Position numbers and translations under genes: made by a program
Notes under the pieces: model-generated
Databases searched by the model: none
The model's input: only the letters and a program-made list of their open reading frames with translations
What the model was told of the DNA's origin: nothing
Shown here: in pieces, positions 51,401-63,400 of the stretch
Position numbering within the stretch: the stretch's first letter is position 1
Layout of the letters: the number at the start of each line of letters is the position of its first letter
Origin: Somniosus microcephalus
Lineage: Eukaryota
Direction of reading: 5' to 3'
DNA: 64,000 bases
Assembly: GCA_052327205.1 (NCBI GenBank)
Contig: CM126218.1
Location: forward strand, 36,642,001-36,706,000

Positions 51401-54400
51401 AAACGTACAATTTGCATTTGATGTTGATATTGGTTGTCTGCATACTTTCAAATTCCAATAGAATTATTATCAGATATTGTCAAAGGATCTTCCCTGACCC
51501 GTTGTGATTGTTAATATTGTTATATTTCCTTCTTTTATCCAGTACCTTGAAAGAGTTGTGTCACAACACAACCAATTATGCAAAACTTGCCTTGCATCTC
51601 TCATGTTTGTTTTCTCTTTTTTACTCAACAAAGGGGGAAATAAATGGATCTAGTTAGTAGGGTGTAGTTAAAGCTTTCCTCATTCTTTGCACTTTATTAT
51701 CAATAAAATTACTGACTGGTCAAACGGTAAGGATTGAATTTGAAGCACAGTAGTAGTTAATATTGTTCTCTTTTCAGAAGTAAGAACTACTACGTCAGAG
51801 ACAACAACTACAACTGGGTCTACTGCCAGTCCTACAACAGGTGAGTGATGTCTTCTTTCAAGATACATAAACAAGTTGTTTGACACAATTGTGCATTTTT
51901 CAATCTCGGCTTCCAGGCAATGTCTGTCCATTGGTTCAGTCTTGGAGACCCTTCCTTTGGGGTAGAAATGGTTGAAAATTTAAGGATATCTGAATCTGCA
52001 GCTAGTACTATCAAATTTTAGTTGCAGTGTTGTGGTTTTGATTGCTTTTTTTGTTCTTCAGAACGAATCACTACAACAGTGACAGCAATTACAACCGGGT
52101 TTACTGCCAGCTCCACTACTGGTAAGTGTTTTAAAAAAAATGTTTACTTCTTACAGTGACCAGATTGACAGGTGTGTTTTTTTTCCCTCCTACTTTCATC
52201 TTCGTCCCACCTGTCAGCCTGCTCATCGCACTCAACAGTTAGAAATGATTTTGATAGCTGTCTATTTATATTTTGTATTAAGTATGTCACTATCTTAACT
52301 TACAGAAGTGGTTTGCAACGGTGTATGGTCTGACTGGTTTAATGAAAATTCACCATCTATTTACAACAAAGGCGATTCTGAATTACTGGAGCCAATACGT
52401 GACAAATTGTGTTCCGTTTTCCCTTCTAAAATAAGCAAAATTCAATGTGAAGCTGTCAAATTTCCACAGCGTCCAATCAGTGAAACAAAGAACAACGTCA
52501 CTTGTGATATAAAGAACGGACTGATTTGCAGTTACAATGAAGACACTTCTCAGAATGACATAATGTGCTTGGACTATAGAATTAGAGTCTGCTGTGAGTC
52601 TGTAACAACTTTAAGCCCGAGCACAGTTACTACAGTCTATTCAACACCGGCAGTCACCTCACCTACAAGTGAACCAGGATGTTATTGTGATATAAACCCA
52701 CCGAGAAAGGTAAGTTCAAACTTCTTATTGCAAGAGTTCATACACTGTTGACAAGCCAAGATAAATGACATTGGATGGAAGCGATGATTTTTATTTTCAG
52801 CTTTAATGATTTTTGATCACTTTGGGGAAAATCTAGGTTTGAGACTCACAGGGGAGATTTATAAAGCTATTATAATAGAAGCAGAAGACTTTGTTGAAAT
52901 AAATAGAAAGAAATTATTATAAGACAAGAAAGGGAAAGAAAGAAGCTATTAAATAGTGAGAGATGAAAACGCTGTTAGAAGGGCGAATTGATATGCAAGA
53001 ATTAAGACAGGAAAGAGAATAAGGATCAATGTTCCAAAAAAAAACACAAAATTGGAGTGCTGTAAGCATTAATAACTATGGAGGAATGTGATATAGTAAC
53101 TAAAGCAGGAACATGGCTTACATTTGAACAGAACTGGGGCCTTAATATTCCTGGATACAACATTTTCGGAAAAAACACGGAGGACAAAAAGTTGGGTGGG
53201 GTGCCAATGTTAGCGAAAGACTCTTGCAGCATTTGAACTTAAGGCTGTCCTGGGGGATTGCTGGAAGACAGATTCCGTGTGGACAGAGTTAGAAATAGGA
53301 AGGAAATTGGTACAAATCGTGATGTACACTAGAGGACACCATACAGTGGAAATGAGATAGAGGTGGAGATCTGCAAACGCTTTAGAGCTATATGTAAAAA
53401 CAACAGGGCATTAACAAGGTAAGGCTTGAGAAATAACTGCTTTGGCGAGGCACCACAGGACTAACAGCACCTGTGAAATCAAACCACAACAGGAGCCACT
53501 ATTTTTCAAGAGAAAAAGGGAAGGAAATTGGGGGGGACTAAAGTAATGATCCCTGACCTGAAAACCTCAAAACTACACAACCAATCACACACTTTTTTAG
53601 TTGCTTTTTAAAGTGGAATAGGTAACTGCCCTTGACATCAAGGCAGCATTTAACCGAGTGTGGCATCAAGGAGCCCTAGTAAAATTGAAGTCAATGAGAA
53701 TCGGGGGGAAAACTCTCCACTGGCTGGAGTCATACCTAGCACAAAGGAAGATGGTTGTGGTTGTTGGAGGCCAATCAACACAGCCCCAGGACATCGCAGC
53801 AGGAGTGCCTCAGGGCAGTGTCCTAGGCCCAACCATCTTCAGCTGTTTCATCAATGTCCTTCCCTCCATCATAAGGCCAGAAGTGGGGATGTTCGCTGAT
53901 GACTGCACAGTGTTCAGTTCCATTCACAACTCCTCAGAAATTGAACCAGTCTATGTCGCATGCAGCGAGACCTGGACAACATTCAGGCTTGGGCTGATAC
54001 GTGCCAAGTCACATTTGCTCCACACAAGTGCCAGGCAATGACTATCTCCAACAAGCGAGAGTCCAACCACCTCCCCTTGACATTCAATGGCATTACCATC
54101 GCCGAATCCCCCACCATCAACATCCTGGGGGTCATAATTGACCAGAAACTTAACAGGACCAGCCACATAAATACTGTGGCTACAAGAGCAGGTCAGAGGC
54201 TGTGTATTCTGCGGCGAGTGTCTCACCTCCTGACTCCCCAAAGCCTTTCCACCATCTACAAGGCACAAGTCAGGAGTGTGGTGGAATACTCTCCACTTGC
54301 CTGGATGAGTGCCATTCCAACAACACTCAAGAAGCTCAAAACCATCCAGGACAAAGCAGCCCACTTGATTGGCACCTCATCCAACACCTTAGACATTCAC

Positions 54401-57400
54401 TCCCTGCAGCACCGGCGCACCGTGGCTGCAGTGTGTACCATCTACAAGATGCACTGCAGCAACTTGCCAAGGCTTCTTCGGCAGCATCTCCCAAACCCTC
54501 GACCACTACCACCTAGATGGACAAGGGCAGCAGGCGCATGGGAACACCATCACCTGCAAATTCCCCTCCAAGTTACACACTGTCCTGACTTGGAAATATA
54601 TCGTCGTTCCTTCATTATCTCTGGGTCGAAATCCTGGAACTCCCTCCCTCACAGCACTGTGGGAGTACCTTCACCACATGGACTGCAGCGGTTCAAGAAG
54701 GCAGCTCACCACCACCTTCTCAAGGGCAATTAGGGATGGGCAATAAATGCTGGCCTTGCCAGCGACGCCCACATCCTGGAACGAATAACAAAAAAGGTAA
54801 GTTAGCACTGTGCAATGCTAAACTGTGCCCCACTCCGGCTGCACTACTGAGAGAAGGCTGGGGAGTTCACCTACTATATGCTAGCAGCCTAAGACCAGAA
54901 GATCAGCTGGGGTCAGGGGTGCACCTTTGCACCCCGAGTTCACTAAAGTGGAAAATTCCTGTTCATTTCTTTACCCGTTTAGCATTGGCTGAGTTTCTAA
55001 GAGCCAATAATTTCAACAATATAAGGTAGAGATTTACCATATTCCTGCTTCTAGTACACGTCAGGAAATTGCACATCTCCTGCCCCTGCTTTTCCAACCT
55101 TTATGAACAATGGATGGCAAATCACAGGTTGGGACTGCACAATTTATTAGTTTGTGTTCCCATTGTGTGGAAAGGCGAGAGGGGTAGGGGGGCAGCGATG
55201 TTGGGGGGTGCAAAGCAGAAAATCTCCCTAATAATTTTCCAAAAGAATCAAAGCCCCCGGTTTTCCTCTCTGGATGTTGTCTAGTGTGCATTGCAGTGCT
55301 CTGCCAGGACCTTTATCTCAGCGCCCCAACGTTCCATTTGGTGTTTCATTATTTATCATCAGCACACTTCAGATGCACCTAGTGGTGGACTATTGGGTGC
55401 CAGACTAGACAGAGGAGAACGTTTGGGTGCTTAAAGGCACCTGCACCATTAAAGGGACAGCCCCATGGGAGAGCCAGAAGGGCTTGTGGCTACTGGGGCT
55501 AGAGTTTTATCCGGACCCCTTCATATGAACAGTGGTATGTTTTTTAGTTAATGCATGCATGCCAGAAGCAGCGATTTGCAGGTCAGTGGTCTTCATGTTG
55601 AAGGTTACAGTCCCGTGAATGATCTGGTGCTGCTGTGTCATGGCAGGGATGGCAGCAGTTCCCCAAGCAGCCGTCTGTTTTAGAGGGAGCTGATAAGAGG
55701 GCGGTACTGTAGTGCCAAGCAGTAGATGGAGGAGCAGGGAAAACAAGGATGAGTATGAAGAATGATGGCACAAGTATAGGCAGAACAAAATAATTTATTT
55801 CAAGCAGAAAGATTTTTTTTAAATCGTAAACCAAACAGAAGCTACATCAGCTAATTTTGGTTATATATGATCAGTTATGTTCAGGCATTTTGAAAATACT
55901 AGTAAACAAAGATAACATAGTATTCAAATAGGCAGCTTTTTACTCTTGCTAATTAAAGTACCAGTAGAGACACGTGGTTTTCACGTTCACAAGTTATGTT
56001 TGATAATTAATCCAACTCAAAGTTTACTTATGAATGAATTTCTTGTTCATTTTCTTTCTAGTGCAATGAAAGTTGGGAGGTAAACTGCTCCAAACATACT
56101 TGTTTGGGAGGAAGTATTTATGAGATAACAGACATCATTTGTCCACCACTGATTAAACCAACATGCAGTCGTGACATCGAGCCTGTGAAAGTCCAAACTA
56201 AAAATGGCTGTTGTGAGCAATGGGAATGTGATTGTTAGTATCATTACTCTGTGCAACAATTTAAGTTTAACAGTTATTTGGAAATTTGTAGCATTCTTGC
56301 TTTTCTACCATATTGAAATTCTATCTTTGTCTAATTTTAGGTGAATGTGAAATATGGGGAGAGCCACATTATCGCACGTTTAATGGCATACAATACGACT
56401 TCTTTGGGAATTGCACATATACTCTTGTCGAAGAACAAGTTCCAAAATACAATTTCAGAGTTCTAATTGATAATTATTTTTGCTTGCCCGGTATACCTAA
56501 ATCTTGTCCAAAAGGGCTAGTTATTTTTTACAAAGAAACTGTTGTAACTATTTCAACTGGGGCTAGATATATGGTAAGTGCCCTATGGTATTACAAATTA
56601 TTAGTAATAGATGCTATCAATGAATTTATAGTCCAAGCCTAACACACTTAGGAAGCCAACAATGCATTCATTTGTTGCTGCCCTTCCAACTGTTTCTGTA
56701 GAAATGGATGAACCAGCAAGCTATCTGGAACAGTGCATTTGTCATCTCGTAGGTAAGGGTGAAAATGGCCCCTTAGAACACCTTGGTAGCTTAATAGGTA
56801 AAGATACTGCCCAGTCTATTGCAGTGATACAAACCAGAAGATTATAAATCTGATCCCCTAGTGAGTTGGACTCAGCTGGGATTGTAACGGGGACTGCAGA
56901 AGGGAAATGGGTAGCCAGTGTCCTGCTCCTGATTGTGTTGCACTCACAGTTAAGTAGCTTGCGAACACTCACTGACAGGATCACAAATTACAATGGCCAC
57001 TTGGACAAGATATCAGAGGGCTACCGGTGCCTGTGGAACCATACTCTGGCATTATTTAATGCTTTCAGGAGTGGAGAGGAGAGAATTATCCAGTGCTGGA
57101 AAAATTATCTTTTGATGACTGGAAAGGCTCAGTATCCAGAAATTAATGGTTGTTGACATTTTCACAGCCATAGGCAGAACAGATGGAATCTCTGAGGAAT
57201 TCCATTAACTCACAAATCTTGTATAGTACCTTCCGAGAAAACCTGAACCAGCATAAACTCGTTTTCTGATAGGTCTAAGTATGACATGTGGGGTCAATAC
57301 ATCCATTCCTAAGGGTAAGACCTTCTTCTGTGATCTTACACCTGTTCCTCAAGAAATAATTTTTTTTGTTTATATGATGCCAAATCACATTGCTCAGAAA

Positions 57401-60400
57401 CACCTCCAAGCACTTTTCTTAGTCATTTACTTTGAAGTGCAGTAGCTGCTGTTATGTAGGCAAACATGGCAGCTGTTTTATGCATAGCAAGATTCTACCA
57501 ACGACCAGAAGAGGAATGGCCAGTTAATTTACTATTGGATAAGGGAGGTATGCTGGACAGAACACAGGAGAGCTCACTGTTCTTCTTTGAATAGTGTCAT
57601 GGGATGTTTAATATCCACCTGAACCATTGGAACAGGTAGATGGAGCCTTAGTTCAACACCTCATCCAAAGGAATGCAACTCTGACAATGCAACATTCACT
57701 CAGCACTACACTGATGTGTTCAGCTCAGATCGAATGACCGACAAATGATGAACAAACTTGTATTTATACAGTGCCTTTCATGACCTCAGGACGTCCCAAA
57801 GCGCTTTATAGCCAATGAAGTACTTTTGAAGTGTAGTTCACTGTTTTAATGTAGATTATATACTCAAGTCACTCATGACACAAATTCCATGCTTCCTCTT
57901 GTTAAAGAACACTCTTTAAATCGCTTATCATTATTAAAACCTGGAGTAATGTGGATTAGCATTGGTATCATATCCTATTTTGAAATTTGAAATATACAAC
58001 ATGCGACATGGTTTCAGTTAATTTGATAAATCCTCCATGTTTTTAGTCCACTGGCATGAAGTGATTTCCACAATATTAAATCTATCACTGACTAAGCAAG
58101 TTGGAGTCAATGTTGTCCAAAATAGCCTTAACTTCTGGACTCCCTTTAGGAGTCTGGGCATATTAAAAAGAGTACTATCATAATAGGGAACCAAGGATCT
58201 AGTGAGAAGGAGGAATTAAAGGAAATCAGTATTAGTAAAAAAAATAGTGCTGGAGAAATTAATGGGACTGAAAGCTGATAAATCCCCAGGGCCTGATAAT
58301 CTGCATCCCAGAGAACTAAAAGAGGTAGCCATGGAAATAGTGGATGCATTGGTTGTCATCTTCCAAAATTCTATAGATTATGGAACAGTTCCTGCAGATT
58401 GGAGGGTGGCAAATGTAACCCCACTATTTAAAAAAGGAGGGAGAGAGAAAACAGGAAACTACAGACCGGTTAGCCTAACATCAGTAGTAGGGAAAATGCT
58501 AGAGTCTATTATAAAGGATGTGATAACAGGACACTTAGAAAATATCAACGGGATTAGACAAAGTCAACATGGATTTATGAAAGGGAAATCGTTTTTGACA
58601 AACCTACTGGAGTTTTTTGAGGATGTAACTGATAGAATAGATAAGGGAGAACCAGTGGATGTGGTGTATTTGGATTTTCAGAAGGCCTTTGATAAAGTCC
58701 CACATAAGAGGTTAGTGTGCAAAATTAAAGCACATGGGATTGGGGGTAATATACTGGCATGGATTGAAAATTGATTAACAGACAGGAAACAGAGAGTAGG
58801 AATAAATGGGTCTTTTTTGGGGTGGCAGACGGTGACTAGTGGGGTACTGCAGGGATCAGTGCTTGGGCCCCAGCTATTCACAATATATATCAATGATTTG
58901 AATGAGGGAACCAAATATAATATTTCCAAGTTTGACGACGCGAAACTAGGTGGGATTGTGAGTTGTGAGGAGGATGCAAAGAGGCTTCAAGGCGACTTAG
59001 ACAAGTTGAGTGAGTGGGCAAATACATGGCAGATGCAGTATGACGTGGATAAATGTGAAGTTATCCACTTCGGTAGGAAAAACAGAACGGTAGAGTATTA
59101 TTTAAATAGTGATAGATTGGGAAATGCTGATGTACAAAGGGACCTGGGTGTCCTTGTACACCAGTCACTGAAAGCAAACATGTAGGTGCAGCAAGCAGTT
59201 AGGAAGGCAAATGGTATGTTGGCCTTCATTGCAAGAGGATTTGAGTACAAGAGCAAGGATGTCTTACTACAGTTGTACAGGGCCTTGGTGAGACCACACC
59301 TGGAGTACTGTGTGCAGTTTTGGTCTCCTTACCTAAGAAAGGATATACTTGCCATAGAGGGAGTGCAGCGAAGGTTCACCAGACTGATTCTTGGGATGGC
59401 CGGACTGTCATATGAGGAGAGTTTGGGTCGACTAGGCCTGTATTCGCTAGAGTTTAGAAGAATGAGAGGGGATCTCATTGAAACATATACAATTCTGACA
59501 GGGCTAGACAGACTGGATGCAGGGAGGATGTTTCCCTTGGCTGGGGGGACTAGAACGAGGGGTCACTGTCTCAGCATACGGGGTAGGACATTTAGGACTG
59601 AGATGAGGAGAAATTTCTTCACTCAGAGGGTGGTGAACCTGTGGAATTCTCTACCACAGAAGGCTGTGGAGGCCAAGTCACTGAATATATTTAAGAAGGA
59701 GATAGATAGATTTCTAGACACAAAAGGCATCAAGGGGTATGGGGAGAGAGCGGGAATATGGTATTGAGCTAGAGGATCAGCCATGATCATATTGCATGGC
59801 GGAGCAGACTCAAAGGGCCGAACGGCCTACTCCTGCTCCTATTTTTCTATGTTTCTATAATGTTAAACCAACTGACCAATATAGCAAAGCACTAAAACAG
59901 TACAACAAATTACAAATAAGCATAAAGAGTGTTAAACATAGCAACAGCACCTGTCATTACCCATCTGCTGAGTCTCTTTCACTTTATTTGGCTCATAAGC
60001 TCCAGTTAATGTAATTGTCCCGAAACATTCGATGTACTGCATTAATCAGATAGGTTGATATCATTTTCTTTCTTGTAGCTTGGAGATTTTTCTTAAAGTT
60101 CTATTTTATTCTTTCACAGTTAACTGTCAATGGAAATGATGTGAGTCTTCCCTATAGTTCAAATGGATTTAAGATTATTAAACTGGGCAGGAGCACATAT
60201 ATTTCTATTCCTGAAATTCGAACAAGCATTATTGCTTTTCGTAATGATTTTACAATCAGAGTGCCAGAAAACTACTTCTTTAATAACACCCAAGGACAAT
60301 GTGGTATGTGATATACATTACATAATAATATCATACAACTTTAAATCATGTCAAATGACTTGCATTTTATTCTATTGATAATTTTGCTGGTAATGTGAAC

Positions 60401-63400
60401 TTTGTTTGGTACATAACATACTGCATCATTTTTGCTTATCTTAGGATCCTGCTCACATTCCCCAGCCCAATGCACAAGAAAGAATGGGACAGTCGAGCCT
60501 TCTGACTGTTGTCACCAAACTGCATATGATTGGAGAGTTGATGATCCCACTAAACCTTATTGTCAATCAACTCCTACTAATGTGCCTTGTACTCCAGTTA
60601 CTCCTCCGCCAACTTGCAAAACTGAGAAAACAATCTGTGATATCATTCAAGAAAAGTAAGTGAACTCATTCTTCCAATTTAATTTTTTCAAAATTAGTAT
60701 CTGAAAGCCAATTTACAAATATATTAAATTACATAGCATTATATCGAGTCTGCAGCATGGAAACAGGCCATTCGGCCCAACTAGTCTATGCCGATATTTA
60801 TGCTCCACACGAGTCCCCTCCCACGCCTCCACATCTAACCCTATCAGCATAGCCTTCTATTCCTTTCTCCCTCATATGATTATCTGGCTACCTCTGAATT
60901 CCCCTTAAATCAATTACGCTATTTAAATGATATCCACAGGGGTTTTGCAATTTGAATTCTTTCTGCATTATGACTTCATCTTTATAAACACTGCTGGTGC
61001 AGTTGACTCCCAACAAATAACATCTATAATCCTACCATAAAATTAAATTATTCTTCAAACAGTGAATAAACTTAGTGATCCATAAATATGCATAGCAATT
61101 TTACACAGGACCTATCAAAAGAAATGTAGGACGAGGATCAGTGAAGGACTGCAACTGATTAAAGTGGTCAGTGTTCCTCCTTGTCAGTTATCAAAATCTC
61201 AGCAGTTAGAAAGACAATGCCCTGAATTTGCGGTCGGAGGCTTCCCGCGGGGAAATGCCTCCAATCCGCAAATAAAATACCCACGTACTTGGTGGTCTTG
61301 GAGGTACGGAGACTCGCGGTCCTGGGCCTTTCTGGATACCCGCAAAAAATACATCTACACATCAAATTAATTTTTTTAAATTACATATTTAAAATTAATT
61401 AAAATGCCATTTAATTAAATATTTAAAACAAAAATTAAATTTTTTGAAAAATAAATTTAAATGTTTTAAAGAGGCTAAAAATAACCTTACCTTATTGCAC
61501 AGGTTTTTGTAATGTTTAAATGATTGAAAAAAAGGTATTTTAAAGTTTTTTTACAGAACTCTTACACTGGTAAAAGGAGGCCTTACGTCTGCTTTTACCA
61601 GGCGTAAGAATTACACGGGCATTCGCTGGGCAGAAGTTGGGCAAACTCGCCACCCACGGAGGCCCTTTTCCCGGGGATGCGGATGAAATGGGGCCGCAAA
61701 TTACGAGCCATTAAAGTTCTCGCTTTAAATGCCTGCCACTGTAAAGGTAATAGGTGCAGAGTTGTCTTGTGCTCAGTGTATCTCTTAGTGAAACACGCCT
61801 ACATAGTAAAGTCTTGCATTGGGACACCTATGGGAGCTTGGAATTAAGAGGCTGAGAATAGAAATAGTCCTCACTTCAGCAGCAAATTTATTCTTAGGGT
61901 GGAATTATAGATGAAAGGTTGGTGTACACATTTGGCCTGCAGTTAACAAAAAAACTGTTTTTGGACAGATTCAGTGAGATATATTTAATCAGTGCTTAAT
62001 TCTCAAATATTTAGGTATCAGACTATTACATTATAGAACCATAGAATCTTACAGCACAGAAGGAAGCCATTCGGCCCATCATGCCTGTGCTGGCTCTTTG
62101 AAAGAGCTGTCCAATTGGTCCAACTATCCCGCTCTTTCCCAATAGCCCCGCTAATGTTCCCTTTTCAAGTATATGTCTAATTCCCTTTTGAAAGTTACTA
62201 TTGAATCTGCTTCCACCATCCTTTCAGGCATTCCAAATCATAACAACTCACTGCGTAAAAACAATTCTCCTCATCTCCCCCCAGGTTCTTTTGCCAGTTA
62301 CCTTAAATCTGTGTCTTCTGGTCACCAACCCTCCCGTCAGTGTAAACAGTTTATCCCTCTCCCTATCAAAACCTCTCATAATTTTGAACACCTCTATTAA
62401 ATTCCCCCTTAGCCGTCTCTGCTCTAAGGGAGAACAATCCCAGTTTCTCTAGTTTCTCCACATAACTGAAAGTTCCTCTTCCCTGATGCCATTCTAGTAA
62501 AACTCCTCTGTATCCTTTCCAAAGCCTTGACTTCTTTACTCAATTGTGTTTTAAACTATTAATTAATTATTAATTTAACATTAATGTCAGTTTCCGTAAA
62601 TCCCTCCTCCTTTCAAAACTCGTACAGATTTAAGCATTTCCCTTGAAAATACTTGGGGGGTAAAATTCGATGTTTGCGATGCTCGCGAAATTGACCAGAC
62701 ATTTTGCGGCGGCGCTAAACACTACCGCCATGATCTCCTGCGCCCGCAGATCATGACGTCAGTCGAGCATGCAATGCCCCGGACCGGATATTGAGTGGCG
62801 CCCCCTGTCTTTCCGCCTGCCGCTAGCAACGACAGGTAGAGGGGAATGTTTTGCAGTCGGGAAGGGACTGGGGGAGCGCTATTTAAAGGCGGCCGCTTCC
62901 TGCCTTTTTTTTGTCTGCGACATTTTTGCACCACGCATTCAGAAAGAGAGAGAGAGACTTCTGGAGAGATTCAACGCTGTGTGAAGGAGTTTTGGGTACT
63001 GAGCAGCACTTTGCAGATTCATTTTGATTTGACCTTCCTTGCATCGATTTAATAGAGACTATGGGGGCTACACTCTGAGCTTTTTCCCTGGGCCTCTCCA
63101 TTGTTCTTTCAGCAGAATTGATGTACAGGTCTCTCCAGGCCGAGATTCAAGGCTGCAATGAGCAGGGTGTGGATGGAGAGCAAGATCGACTCTCCCCTTT
63201 AAGAACTGGCCGGCGCCAGTGTGTCTGTGTTCCATTGCTGACTGACATCACATGAGCTTCGCCAACGCTCTGATGTAGCGCCTTGCTCCTCGGCGTTAGT
63301 GCCTTAAGAGAGGTGTGTAGCGCCTGATTTAGCGCTCAAATCACCTCCGGGACGATAGTATCAAGTTTGCAGTCAGAGGCGATAATTAGCGCCAGGCGCT

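Noticed and set aside
52780-53420. Purine-rich stretch resembling a LINE endonuclease region
   Set aside because: Probably an old CR1 fragment, but too degraded to set boundaries by eye.
54800-57200. Assorted short ORFs in introns (e.g. 54736, 55069, 55507, 56662, 56866)
   Set aside because: They have no recognisable domains or compatible splice sites, and the mucin exons splice in frame without them.
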